A DNA stretch of 64,000 nt from Elusimicrobiota bacterium (GCA_016721625.1 JADKHR010000001.1:2688503-2752502); one strand, 5' to 3'; positions 28,193 to 39,825 are shown, numbered from the stretch's first letter. Notes: generated by a model not told the origin, from the letters alone. Translations and numbers: made by a program.

Positions 28193-28356
28193 TCGCGTCA
28201 CGGGAGAACCGTTGCAAGCCGGAAGAGGACGGGGCATAGGGTGTGGGGAGAGCCTCTGGGAGATACTCTACCATTCCTTCCGGCGGTCGGGGGAGCAAAA
28301 AGAAAGGGGGCCCGACCGCGAAGGCCCGGGCCCCCCGCTTCCTGGGAGGGAAGAAT

Positions 28357-31300
28357 TTATTGGATGAGGGTCACGCGGAAGGTACGACGGTCCCCGTCTT
28401 TTTCCGCCACGCCGAAATAAACGCCGGAGGACACCGAATGTCCGGATCCGTTGCGTCCGTCCCAGGAGGTGGCGCCGTTGGTCCCCGCAGGGTCCAGTTG
28501 CCGCACCAAGTCGCCGGCCGCCGTGTGGATCTTCACCAGGGTTCCTTCCGGCACGCCCCCGATCGTCACGGACGTTTGCCCGGTCCCCGGCCGAAACGGA
28601 TTGGGATACACCCGCACCGTTTGAGGGGTCGCGGGCGGGGCTTGGAGCAGAGCCACTGTGCAAGGCTTCGACAGCGCGGCCGAGGGGCCCCACATTCGCC
28701 ATTGACCCGTTTCCTCATCCAACGCGGCCACGGCAGACCGCAGGAGATCGGAACCGCGGTGGGCGTTGACCGTCACGGGCGTCCCATCCCCGTCGTCTCC
28801 CGAGATCCGCCAGATTCCGGCGCTTCTCCATGGGGACGGGGTGGGGGGAAGGGATTCCTCCACGGGATCCAGGTAAACCGCCGTCTTGTCCGTCCAGCCG
28901 CCCGGGGGCGGGGAGAAGGTCGGCAAAGCCGTGGGAGCGGAGGCGGGGGAATCACTGGTTTCGTAAATGGAAAGCGCCCCGAACCCGGATGTCTTCGGCC
29001 CTGTGGACACCGTCGCGTCAAAGGAGGTGACCACCCCGTTTCCATTTTGGGCGCGGACCTTAAAGGCATAGGGCGTTCCGGCGGCGATCCCGGTGAGGGG
29101 GGTGGACAGGCTAGGCCCAAAATAGACCCGTGCAAAAACGCCATTTCTAACGGAACGATAGGCTCCGTAAAGCGTGTTGGCCGGATTTCCGTTGGCGGAC
29201 CAGGACAGGGTGAGCTGCCCGTTGACCTTGTTCAAGGTTGTCCCCATGGGCGGGTTGGCCAGCGTAAAGAACACGGACGAGTTTGGAGACGAGGCGGTTC
29301 CGTTTCCATTGAACGCTTCCACCCTCACTTGCTGGGGCGTGTTGACCCCGAGGCCGGATTGCGTCCAGGACACGGTATTGGCGGGCAAGTTGTCCACCAG
29401 GACCGCGATGTCGGCGGCCCTTCTCACTCGGTAGCCGGTTTCGTTTGTGGCGTTGTCTTTCCAAGACCAACGGAGGCTGTTGTTGCCGCGGGCCGCCAAC
29501 GAGACTTGTGAAGGGGCCGCGGGCGCCTTGCCGCCCACAGAACTTTGGGCCGATGTGACCGATCCCCCCGCGTTTGAAGCGGCCACATACCGGAAAACCG
29601 TTTTACCTGGAAGAATACCGGTTTCCTTGAAGTTCGTCGCGTTCGCGGGAAGATTCGCGATGAGGGCAAAGGGGCCCTGGGCGCTGGTCGATCCATAGAG
29701 GCGGTAGGCCGTCTCGTTGGAGGCTCGATCGGTCCAGGTCCATGTTACCGCGCCGGAGGCTAAAACTCCGGTCAGGCCTGTGGGGCCTTGGACGCGGCTG
29801 TTGGGTCCTCCGCCCAGCGGGGGGGCCGCACCGGTCTCCAGCCGGATGAGCCGGATCCGTCCGTCCGTCGATAGGGTCACCAGATGGGACCGCCCGAGAG
29901 CGTCCAATGTCAACGAGGCGGGGGCGCTCCACCGTTCGTCCTCCGCCAGGGTGGTCTCCGTCCAGCCGGTCTCGGAACGGACGCCATAAACGGTCCGGGT
30001 CATCGGAGGATTGTAATTGTAATGCAGAACGTAGAGCGCGTGCGCGACCCCGGCTCCGTCCAGGGCGAATCCGGGCGCAGGGGTGTCGGTGTGGTCCCAA
30101 TCCGGCGAATCGGAATGGGCGTATTCACTCGCCCATCCGGCGGCTGTTCGCGCGCTGTAACGAACCCGCCCATCCCGGTTGTTCAGACAATCCAAAATGC
30201 GAGGTTGACCCTCCCCGTCCATCAGGAGGGTGGGTTCCACCCGGTAGCGCCATTCCTCGATGGAATCCGCCTGTTCCGGCGCGGACCAGCCCGCGGTGTC
30301 CCGGACCGTGTAGAAGAGGGCGTGGGAGTCTCCTATCGAGCCGAACGCCACGTTAAGCCGCCCGGTCTCGTCCAGGGCGAGGTGGCTCGTGTTCGCGGCC
30401 ACGCCTCTCGCCACCGTTTCGATCAACCAACCCGCGCTTGTTCGTCGACCGTAGCGGAGTTCGGTTTCGCCTCCGGGAACGGACCAGACGACATGGGGGA
30501 TCCCGCTCGGATCCACCGTCAAATGGACCACCACGTTTGGGTTCACGCCGGCGACGACCTCATTTCTCCAGGCGCCGTTTTCCCGCAGGGCCCAGCGAAT
30601 ATTTCCGTCCCCGCTGTAATAGACGACCTGGGGCCGTCCAAAGGCGTCGACCGCCAGGTCCTGGGCGGAAAGAACAATATGTCCGTCCCCTGTGGGGATT
30701 CCCGAGGCCGTCGGATCGATCATTTCCCCCGCGGTCCAAGCCGTCCCATTCCAAAGGGCGTAGCGAAGTCCCTGCCGGGAGGGATCGTAAAACGCGACGT
30801 GCAGTTGTCCCGCTTCATCCATGACGCTTCGAATCGTCCCATCCGCCGCCAGGGGACCATAGGAGGTGAACACCGCGTCCGTGGTTTCGGAGGCCATGGG
30901 GGAGGACGTTTCGCCCGCATCGTTCACGGCCGCGACGGTGCGGTAGTAGGTTCGGCCTGGGACGAGCCCCGTTTCCGTGAAATGGGTGGTATCTGCGGGG
31001 ATCTCGGCTTTCAGGGTGAAAGGCCCGGCGGCCGATGTGGCGCCATACAATCGATAACCGGTTTCGTTCGCGGCGTTGTCCTGCCAAGCCCACGCGATCC
31101 GGTCCATGGCATGTCCGGTCGGAGCCAGGCCGGAGGGGGCCACGGGGAGGGCCCCCAATACGTTCTCGAAACGGGTTTCCAGGATGGAATACCCCCAGAT
31201 GTTGCCGTTAATACCACCCCGTTGGCGGCAGAAAATGCGGAAGTAGCGGGCCGTCACGGCGGGGAAATCGGCGATGTCTTCGCCGCCATCACCGGCCGTT

Positions 31301-33377
31301 GTCGTAAAGACCTCCGTCCAGCGGGCCCCGTCGTTAGAATACTGGATTCCGTAACTCTTCGCGTGGGCGGTTTCCCATTGGATCGTCACCCGGTTGACCT
31401 TTTTCGGCGCCAAGAAGTCCATGGCGAGGAACTGGGGATCGGCCCAGGCCGATTCCCAGCGGGTAGCCAAAGTCCCGTCCACGGCGTAGCGGGCCTGGTT
31501 GCCGTTCAAAATCGAGGAAGCGAAGGCGTAGGGCTCGGTGTAGGGACGAAGGCCCAGGAGATTCATTCCCCGTTGCATATGGGGGTTTTTCATGAAGCTC
31601 TCCGTCACCGTTAACGGCGCGAGTTCCGTGAGTTGGTTGGCCAGGGCGATGACGAGGGGTCCGTTGTTGATGCCGAGGGTGATATTGGAAACCCCGGGGT
31701 TGGGCCGGACGCGGAAGGAGTCGGTGAACCCGTGGCGGCCCCAAATGGCGCTCTTGTATTGGAAATACATATGACGAAGGGCGGCCAGGGTGTTTTCATA
31801 GTTGGTGGAATGATAATGAGTGAGCCCAATGGACGTCCCCGCCGCCGCCGGGGCGACGGTTCCGTCGTGGTCGTCCACTCCGTAGACGTGGTAGAGATCG
31901 TCCGCCCCATAGGCCGCGGTCAAGCCCCAGCGGTTGTCGTCATAGCGTTTTTGGGGATCGTTCAGGCAGGTGAGGCGATTGACCTCCGTGGCGAGCAGGA
32001 GTTCTTCGAGTAGTCGCCGAAATCGTCGTGAAGCCCCTGGTCGAGGAAGTCGTTGTGGACGCCGCGCATGTCAAAGTAGAGGTGATGGAATTGGTGGTAA
32101 AAGAGAGGAGCGGATCCAAACCCGTGCATGTAATCGATCCCCTGACGGTTCTCCCACCCGCGGTTAAGGTTGTTCCAGGCGGCGGTGCTGATGGCGTGGG
32201 TCGGGGACCCGAAGGCGAGCGGGTAAATGAAGATGGATTCGGAATAACCGTCCCACAATGCGGGCAAGTAACCCGATTCATCCGTCCAGCCCATGGAGAG
32301 GAAAGTGTCCCGGAATCCGTCGCCGGTATGGCCCGTGAACGCGGTCCAATCCATGCGGCGGTAAAGCCGATCCGCTTGGTCGGCGATGTCCGGGTAGGTG
32401 TCCCGGAAATACTCACCTGCTTGGAGGGCTCCCATGATGAAAAGAGATGAATCGACCGTGGAAATTTCCGACCGGTCGTCTCCATCCACCCAACGGGCCG
32501 CGTCCGGCCCGTTCAAGAACCGGTAAAAAAAACCGTGGAAATTCGGTGTTTGGGATTCGAAGACGTTCAAAACCTTGACGATCCGGTCGTGGGCTTCTTG
32601 ATTGGTGATCCACCCATTGGCAGCGCCGATGGTGTAAACGCTGAGCCCGAACCCCGTCGCCCCAATGTGGGCCTTGCGGGAGTGTCCTTCTTTGAAGCTG
32701 AAGGCGGTATCGCTCACGAGGCCGGTGGTGGGATCCGCCTCGTTCCAGAAATACCAGAACATCTTTTTGGACATCCATTTAAGGAATTCCCGCGGATAAA
32801 AGGCTGTGTTGGTGATCTGGATTCCTGAAATGAAGGCGTTGTCGGGGTCTGAATCGTCCTGGAAGCATTCGATTTCAATGCCGTTGTTATAAATGGGAAG
32901 GTTGACTTCTATGGAATAGGGTTTGTTTTTTCCACCCGCGGCTTTCCAAACGTCCAGTTTGCTCTGAACGACGGTGCCGTTTACTTTCACGCTGAACACG
33001 CGCTGCCCCTCCGCGTCCCAATAGGTCTCGCAAAAGAGGAGTTTAATGTTGTAGCCCCCGCCCGGGACCTCGATCCGGTAACGAACATTCCTCCCGTAGC
33101 GGTGGGATCGATAGACTTCGTCCAGATTCCCGATTTGCGGGTCCGCGCTTTCCGCGGGTTGGCCGCCAAAATAACCCCACCGGTAAAGACCATCAAAGGG
33201 TTCGTCTTTCATCCAGAGTTTTCCATCCAGGACGAGGTCCGTCGTCGTTCCGCAATTGATGCGGTACACTTCTTCCCCTGTGTCGGAGGCGGGAATCAGG
33301 TCGGCCCGCAAGGCCGCCGGAAGCGCCGCCGAAGCGGCCGCCAGGACGCAGAGAACCTGCCGTATGGATCGATTCAT
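28357..33377 (-). CDS. ~1700-aa secreted glycan-binding/glycosidase-like protein: signal peptide, malectin domain, glucoamylase-like (PF10091/GH144-type) domain, F5/8 type C (discoidin) domain, several FN3 domains, a repeat region, and a FlgD-Ig/T9SS-type C-terminal domain. The frame is broken near 32000-32009.
   Basis: ORF 31962..33461 ends mid-domain (..FLDQGLHDDFGDYS). The frame of ORF 28357..31923 is open upstream and continues ELLLATEVNRLTCLNDPQKRYDDNRWGLTAAYGADDLY..GFTDSF..GINNGPLVIA. The discoidin block is ARYAVDGTLATRWES..ARYFRI, and the C-terminus is VYPNPFRPGTGQ..SWDGRNGSGHSVSSGVYF. The start is uncertain (ATG 33377, 33407 or 33461). Confidence 0.7.
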
Positions 33378-33555
33378 TGGAAACCCCTTTAAGGTCGTTG
33401 TCTTCATCCCCGGGCGGTGTATTTGCCCGCGTGGGCAATTTAACCAAGAAAAAAAACCCACGTCAAGTTAAAAAATAGGCCGCCTCGTTCAGGGAGGGGG
33501 AAAAACGGCTTGAAACGGCTTTGGGGCAAAAACAGTGGCGTGGGGATTATTTGGG

Positions 33556-34494
33556 CTATTCGTGTTCGGCGAGCCAGCGTTCGGTTTGGATGGCGGCCAT
33601 GCACCCCTGGCCCGCGGCGGTGATGGCTTGGCGGTAGACGTGGTCCACGCAATCGCCGGCGGCGAAGACCCCCGGGATGTTGGTGCGGGTGTGGCCGTCG
33701 GTTTTGACGTAACCGACCTCGTCGGTATGGATTTGACCTTTAAACAGGCCGGTGTTGGGGTCGTGGCCGATGGCGAGGAAAAGGCCCGCGGCGGAGAGGG
33801 TTTCCAGGGCGCCGGTCTTGACGTTCTTGATCCTCAACTGCTCGAGGGTTTTCTCCCCGTGGGTGTCTTCCAGCGTGTAGGGGACCTTGAAGGTGATTTT
33901 AGGGTTGGCCTTGGCTCGGTCCAGCATGACGCGGGAGGAGCGGAACTCTTCTCGCCGGTGGAGCAGGATGACCTGGGACCCGAATCGGGTCAGGTAGAGA
34001 GCTTCCTCCATGGCGGTGTCGCCGCCGCCGATGACGACGATGGGTTTGTTTCGGAAGAGGGGAAGCGCGCCGTCGCAGGTGGCGCAGGCGGAAATGCCGC
34101 GGTTCCAGAACTTGGCTTCGGCCTCGGTGTGCAGCCGTTTGGCGGCCGCGCCCGTGGCGATGATGACGGCTTTCGCCGTGTATTCGGTTTCGTCCGTCGT
34201 TATTTTGAATGGGTGTGAGGAAAAGTCCACCGACTCCACGTCTTTGTCCAACACCTCGGCGCCGAACCGTTCCACCTGTTGGCGCATCCGGTTCATGAGT
34301 TCGGGGCCCATGATCCCTTCCGGGAAACCTGGAAAGTTTTCCACCTCCGTGGTGGTCATCAGCTGGCCGCCCGGTTGGCCGCCTTTCAGGAAGCCCCCCA
34401 GAACCAGCGGTTGGAGGTCGGCGCGGGAGGCGTAGAGGGCCGCGGTGAACCCCGCGGGGCCGGAACCGATGATGATGACGTTTCGCGTTTTCAT
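33556..34494 (-). CDS. trxB: Thioredoxin-disulfide reductase
   Basis: VIIIGSGPAGFTAALYA, redox-active CATCDG, VVIGGGDTAMEEALYL, and C-terminal FAAGDCVDHVYRQAITAAGQGCMAA. Confidence 0.95.
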   Translation of the reverse strand: MKTRNVIIIGSGPAGFTAALYASRADLQPLVLGGFLKGGQPGGQLMTTTEVENFPGFPEGIMGPELMNRMRQQVERFGAEVLDKDVESVDFSSHPFKITTDETEYTAKAVIIATGAAAKRLHTEAEAKFWNRGISACATCDGALPLFRNKPIVVIGGGDTAMEEALYLTRFGSQVILLHRREEFRSSRVMLDRAKANPKITFKVPYTLEDTHGEKTLEQLRIKNVKTGALETLSAAGLFLAIGHDPNTGLFKGQIHTDEVGYVKTDGHTRTNIPGVFAAGDCVDHVYRQAITAAGQGCMAAIQTERWLAEHE

Positions 34495-34534
34495 GGAATA
34501 TCCTTTGTGAGAAAGTTGAGAGGAAAGGGGTGGC

Positions 34535-34990
34535 TCAGTAGCTCTTCTTTGAGGCGGACAGGTATCGGAGGACGTCTCGGATGAGAAGGATGCTCACAGG
34601 GGTTCCGTCGGCCCGAAGCACGGGGACGTGGCGGTGCCCGCCGATGGCCATTTTGTTGACCGCGAAAGCGATGGGGTCTTCCGGGCGCACGAAGCTGGGG
34701 TCCCGGGTCATGACGTCCTCGACCTTCACTTTGGACAGGTCCGGGTGGAGGCCGGCGACTCGCAGGGCCAGGTCCCGGTTGGAGAGGATGCCCACCATTT
34801 TCTTGTTTTGGTAGACCAGGACGCACCCCTTCTTCTCTTTTTGAAAGATTTTGACGATTTTCTCCACCGTGTCGTCGGGACTGCAGACCAGGAGGTCCAA
34901 ACCCGTCAGAAGTTCCGAGACCGGTTCCTTCAGAAGGGCGTCTTGGAAAGCGTTGTCCCGCCGGCGGACGGAGGGGATGTCCCGCTTCAT
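34535..34990 (-). CDS. CBS-pair domain protein, possibly with a Cys/His-rich N-terminal extension reaching ATG 35067
   Basis: Two CBS motifs (..VCSPDDTVEKIVKIF..GCVLV.. and ..VEDVMTRDPSFVRPEDPIAFAVNKM..HVPVL). The frame stays open upstream (..LLPHCGYENRTEADHCAQCLHSL). It would begin at the ATG overlapping the korB stop if the A5 run at 35060-35064 were A6. Confidence 0.75.
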   Translation of the reverse strand: MKRDIPSVRRRDNAFQDALLKEPVSELLTGLDLLVCSPDDTVEKIVKIFQKEKKGCVLVYQNKKMVGILSNRDLALRVAGLHPDLSKVKVEDVMTRDPSFVRPEDPIAFAVNKMAIGGHRHVPVLRADGTPVSILLIRDVLRYLSASKKSY

Positions 34991-35063
34991 CAGCGAGTGG
35001 AGGCACTGGGCGCAATGGTCGGCTTCGGTTCGGTTTTCGTAACCGCAATGGGGCAGGAGTTTT

Positions 35064-36098
35064 TCATTGGACCGTCCAGGTGTCTTCGTCGTAGAGAAGC
35101 GAGGTGAGGTTCCCCCGCCCTTTCTTTTTGATCACGGCCTGAATCTGCTCGTTCATCAGGTCGTCATACGTCGGTTTTTCCACACACCGGAACACACCGA
35201 AGGGCACGGGAAAATCCGGATACACCAGCTGAGTGAGGAGGTAAGCGTGGTTGGGCCGCGGGTCGGCTTCGTCATGGATCAGGAGGTCCCGGGGGTTGGT
35301 GGGGTCGTAATCCACGATCTCGGGGTAAAGGCCGTTCAGCCGGATGGACCGCTTTTTGTCGGCCCGCCCGAAAATCAGGGGTTTGCCGTTTTCCAGGTAG
35401 ACCATGCGGTCTTCCCGGGTGTCCCGCCCCGTCACGGGCGCGTGGGTTTTGTCGTTGAAAATGATGCAGTTTTGGTAAATTTCGATGAAGGAGACGCCTT
35501 TGTGCCGCATGGCGCGTTCGAACATGGCGCTCATGTGGCGGGGGTCGGAGTCCAGGGTGCGGGCGATGAAGGTGGCTTCCGAGGCGATGGCGATGCAGAG
35601 CGGGTTGATGGGGTGCTCAATGGACCCGTAGGGGGAAGACTTCGTCACTTTCCCCGTGGGCGAGGTGGGGGAATACTGCCCTTTGGTCAGTCCGTAGATT
35701 TGGTTGTTGACCAAGAGAACGTTGAAGTTCAGGTTCCGGCGCATGGCGTGGAGGATGTGGTTGCCGCCGATGGAGAGGCCGTCCCCGTCGCCGGTGATCA
35801 CCCAGATGGACAGATCTTTGTTGACGCAACGGAGTCCCGTGGCGATGGTGGGGGCCCGGCCATGGATGGTGTGGAAGCCATAGGTGTTCATGTAATAGGG
35901 GAACCGGGAAGAACAGCCGATCCCCGAGATGAACACATAGTTCTCCCGAGGGACGTCGAACTTGGCGAGGGTTTGCTGGACGGCCCCCAGAATGGAGTAA
36001 TCTCCGCACCCCGGGCACCAGCGGACCTCCGCGCCCGAGACGAAATCATTCTTGGTGAATTTTGGACGAGAGGCGGACAGCGGAAGATGGATTTCCAT
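35064..36098 (-). CDS. korB: 2-oxoglutarate/2-oxoacid:ferredoxin oxidoreductase, beta (TPP-binding) subunit
   Basis: Starts at MEIHLPLSASRPKFTKNDF..WCPGCGDYSIL..GIGCSSRFPYY..ITGDGDGLSIGGNH. The upstream part of ORF 35064..36845 overlaps korA and is junk. Confidence 0.9.
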   Translation of the reverse strand: MEIHLPLSASRPKFTKNDFVSGAEVRWCPGCGDYSILGAVQQTLAKFDVPRENYVFISGIGCSSRFPYYMNTYGFHTIHGRAPTIATGLRCVNKDLSIWVITGDGDGLSIGGNHILHAMRRNLNFNVLLVNNQIYGLTKGQYSPTSPTGKVTKSSPYGSIEHPINPLCIAIASEATFIARTLDSDPRHMSAMFERAMRHKGVSFIEIYQNCIIFNDKTHAPVTGRDTREDRMVYLENGKPLIFGRADKKRSIRLNGLYPEIVDYDPTNPRDLLIHDEADPRPNHAYLLTQLVYPDFPVPFGVFRCVEKPTYDDLMNEQIQAVIKKKGRGNLTSLLYDEDTWTVQ

Positions 36099-37946
36099 TA
36101 GAGGATTTCCTCGATGGCTTGCCTTACTTCGGAAACGAAGAACGGGATCCCCCGCACCCGGTTCAGCCCGATGAATCGCGGCGCTTTGGAGAGCTCGCCG
36201 TCGTTGAATTGGTGCCGGAGAAGCAGGATCAACTGCCCCAAGTTTAATTCGGGGACCAACACCTTGTCGAAATTCGAAAGAAGCTCCCGGGTGTTTTTCG
36301 GGAAGGGGTTCAAATAACGCAGATGCGCCTGGGACACGGGGCCCCGCTCGGAAGCGTTCACTTCGTCCACGGCGGCGTGGATGGCGCCGTAGGTGGACCC
36401 CCACCCCAGGACGAGGATCTTTCCCCGGGCGGGCCCGCGGACTTCCAGCGGCGGGAGGTCGTCGGCAATGCGGGCGACTTTTTCCGCCCGGAGCTTCACC
36501 ATCTTTTCGTGATTGTCCGGATCGTAACTCACGGACCCCGTGACGTCTTGCTTTTCCAGACCGCCGATTCGATGTTCCAAACCTGGGGTTCCGGGTTTGG
36601 CCCAGGGCCGGGCGAGGGTTTCGGGGTTCCGGGCGTAGGGGGTAAAAGGTCCCTTCCACTGGGTCGGGTGGGTCACGACGATCTTGGGCAGGTCCTGAAC
36701 CGCCGGAAGCTTCCAGGGTTCCGCGCTGTTGGCCAAATAGCCGTCGGAAAGCACGACCACGGGCGTCATGCGGGTGAGGGCGATGCGGCAGGCCTCGACC
36801 GTGGCGTTGAAACAATCCGCGGGGCTTTTGGGGGCGATCACGCAAAGGGGGGACTCGCCGTTCCGTCCGAAGAGGACTTGAAGGAGGTCGGTTTGTTCCG
36901 TCTTGGTGGGCATGCCGGTGGAGGGGCCCGTCCGCTGGACATCGACGACCACCAGCGGGAGTTCGGTGATCACGGCCAAATTGAGCGCTTCCGATTTCAG
37001 GCAGAAGCCGGGGCCCGAGGTTCCCGTGACGCCCAATTCTCCGCCGAAACTGGCCCCGATGGCGGAGCCGATGGCGGCGATCTCGTCTTCCGCTTGGAAG
37101 GTTTTGACTCCGAATTCCTTGTGTTTGGACAGCCCTTCCAAAATTCCCGAGGCCGGCGTGATGGGGTAGGAACCGTAGAAGAGCGTTTTACCGGCCAGTT
37201 CCGCGGCGGCGATCAGTCCCAGGGCGGTGGCCTCGTTGCCCGTGATTTTTCGGTAGGTGCCGGGTTCCAGTTTCGACTTGCGGATTTCGAACCGGGTGGG
37301 CAGGAGTTCCGTGATGTCGGCGTAGTTGTATCCGGCTTTGAGCGCGGCGATGTTGGCGTCGACGAACTCGGTTTTCTTGGCGAATTTTTCGGAGATCCAA
37401 TCCACCGTGTGGTCCAGGCTCCGGTCGTAGAGCCAGAACATGAGGCCCAGGGCGAAAAAGTTTTTGCACCGTTCTTTCCGAGTCGCGGATCGGATGTTCC
37501 TTGAGGGCGTTCAGGGTCAGGTCGGCCAGGGGAACCTTGAGGACCTGCCACTCCCTCAAGGTCCCGTCCTCCAACGGATTGGCGCGGTAGGCCGCTTTCT
37601 CCAAACCCTGAGGATCGAAGGCGTTCTCGTTCAAGATCAAGAGGCCGCCCTTTTTGACATGGTGAAGATTGACTTTGAGGGCCGCCGGGTTCATGGCGAT
37701 CAGCACGTCCGCCCGGTCGCCCGGCGTGAAAATGGGGCCGTCGGAAAATTGGAGTTGGAAGCTGGAAACGCCGGGGAGAGTTCCGGCGGGGGCGCGGATT
37801 TCCGCCGGGAAGTCCGGGATCGTGGCGAAATCGTTGCCCATCGCCGCGGTGGTGTCCGTGAACTGGTCTCCCGTCAACTGCATCCCGTCGCCGGAATCCC
37901 CGGCGAAGCGGACGGTGACGGCGGGAAGGATCTTCTTTTCTTTCAC
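36098..37946 (-). CDS. korA: 2-oxoglutarate/2-oxoacid:ferredoxin oxidoreductase, alpha subunit (fused gamma-alpha form). The frame is broken at 37455-37466.
   Basis: The N-terminal part (ORF 37188..37946: VRFAGDSGDGMQLTG..IPDFPAEIRAPAGT) reads through to ..HPIRDSERTV. It then continues in the frame of ORF 36098..37441 as NFFALGLMFWLYDRSL..GSYPITPAS... The shift lies in the A5/T5 runs. Confidence 0.85.
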
Positions 37947-37949
37947 CGG

Positions 37950-38447
37950 TCAGCCCCCCTCGGCCGTGTGGGCGACTTGGTGCGGATTGGGGGGGATGTT
38001 GTAGACCTCGCCGGGATAGAATTCCGCCAAAAAGCGAACCAGGGTCCGCACGCTCAGGACGTTCACCAGTTCCTGTTTTTCGTTCACCAGCGGGATGTGG
38101 TAGACGTCGTTGTCGGCCATCAGGTCCACCGCCCGGCCCACGGGGTCGTCTTGCCGGAGCACCAGGGGATCGGCGGTCATAAAGTCGCGGACGGGGCGGC
38201 GGGTGTCCACCTTCGTGTTGAGTATTTTTCGCGCCACGTCGGATTCGGTGAATATGCCGACCACGCGCTTCGCTTCGGCCACCACGAGGTAGGCCGAGTT
38301 ATTTTCCCGCATCAATTCAATGGCGCGATCCACGGAAATGTCCGGGGGGGATTGGATCAACCGGGGGTTGATGATTTCACCGATCTTCTTGTCTTTTAGC
38401 CGTCGCTCAGAGGGAGTGGGCATGGGGTTCCTTTTGTGGATCGCCAA
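37950..38447 (-). CDS. CBS-pair domain protein
   Basis: Two CBS motifs (..SPPDISVDRAIELMRENNSAYLVV.. and ..VRDFMTADPLVLRQDDPVGRAVDLMADNDVYHIPLV). It is the first gene of the kor operon. Confidence 0.8.
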   Translation of the reverse strand: MAIHKRNPMPTPSERRLKDKKIGEIINPRLIQSPPDISVDRAIELMRENNSAYLVVAEAKRVVGIFTESDVARKILNTKVDTRRPVRDFMTADPLVLRQDDPVGRAVDLMADNDVYHIPLVNEKQELVNVLSVRTLVRFLAEFYPGEVYNIPPNPHQVAHTAEGG

Positions 38448-38582
38448 GTGGCCGCGGGAATATGATAGTTAAAACCTCTCGGTTCCACAACGTCGGCCCC
38501 GCCGTTTCGGAGGAACATCTTTTAAGGGGCTTCAAAGTTTGCTTGAATCACGCTACGATTCGACGTCAATCCAGGAGAATCA

Positions 38583-39759
38583 ATGAAACTTCACGAATAT
38601 CAAGCCAAACGCCGGATGGAGGAGTTCGGATTGCCTGTCTTGAAAGGACGGGTGATCACCAAGGCGGGGCAGGTGAAGGCGGCCTTGGGAAAATTGGGGA
38701 CCGGTCCGTGGGTTCTGAAGGCCCAGGTTCACACGGGCGGCCGGGGGAAGGCGGGGGGCGTGCGGGTCCTGCGGGACGCGGCCGAAGCCGCGGCTTTCGC
38801 CAAGGGGCTGTTGGGAAAACCCCTCGTCACCCATCAAACGGGGCCCCAGGGATTGATCGTTCGATCGATTTTGGCCGAACCCGCCGTCCAGGTCCAGCGG
38901 GAGTTATACGCGGCGGTCTTGATGAACCGAAAGACCGGGAAACCGGTTTTGCTGGTGTCCGCCGAAGGCGGCATGGACATTGAGACCTTGGCCGCCACGG
39001 CGCCGGAAAAAATCGTGCGGGTGGACATCGATCCCCTGCGGGGATTGGAGTCTTTTCAAGCCCGCGACGTGGCTTTCGCCACCGGGCTGGCCGGAGAACA
39101 ACTGAAAGAATCGGTCCCGTTTTTCCGGAACATGGTTCGGATGTTTCTTGCCTTGGACGCCAGTTTGGTGGAGGTGAACCCCCTCGGTGTTATCGCCGGG
39201 CCGGAGGGGAACCGGCTTTTGGCCATGGACGCCAAGATCACCATCGACGACAACGCTTCGTTCCGCCAGGAAGACCTCTTTAAAGAGGCCGATCGGGCCG
39301 ACCTTTTGGACGCCGAGCGGCGCGCCATCGAGGTGGGCATTTCCTATATCCGGTTGGACGGCGCCATCGGTTGCATGGTGAACGGGGCGGGTCTGGCCAT
39401 GGCCACCATGGACATCATCAAGCTTCACGGCGGGGAGCCCGCGAACTTCCTCGACGTGGGGAGGCGCCAAGGTCGAGCAGGTGACCGAGGCCTTTAAGAT
39501 CATTTTGTCGGACGCCCACGTGAAGGTGATTCTGGTGAACATTTTCGGCGGGATCATGAAATGCGATGTCATCGCCCAGGGCATTGTGCAGGCCGTCAAA
39601 AGCACCGGTTTGGACCGCCCCTTGGTCGTTCGGTTGGAGGGGAACCGGGTGGAGGAGGGGCGAAAGCTTTTGGCCGAATCGGGCCTCGCGATTACCCCGG
39701 CCTCGGACCTGGCCGACGCCGCGCGGAAGGCCGTGGCCCTTTCATCGTCGTTGGCCTAG
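38583..39759 (+). CDS. sucC: Succinyl-CoA synthetase (ADP-forming) beta subunit. The frame is broken at 39458-39464.
   Basis: [67 protein letters not shown] is followed, in another frame, by [27 protein letters not shown]. The conserved GGGA falls exactly in the G run. Confidence 0.9.
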
Positions 39760-39825
39760 CCCAAAAGCTCCCGTTCGGGGCGTGCCGGAATCCAAGCCAT
39801 GGAAAACAAAAAGGAGTCTTTCTTG

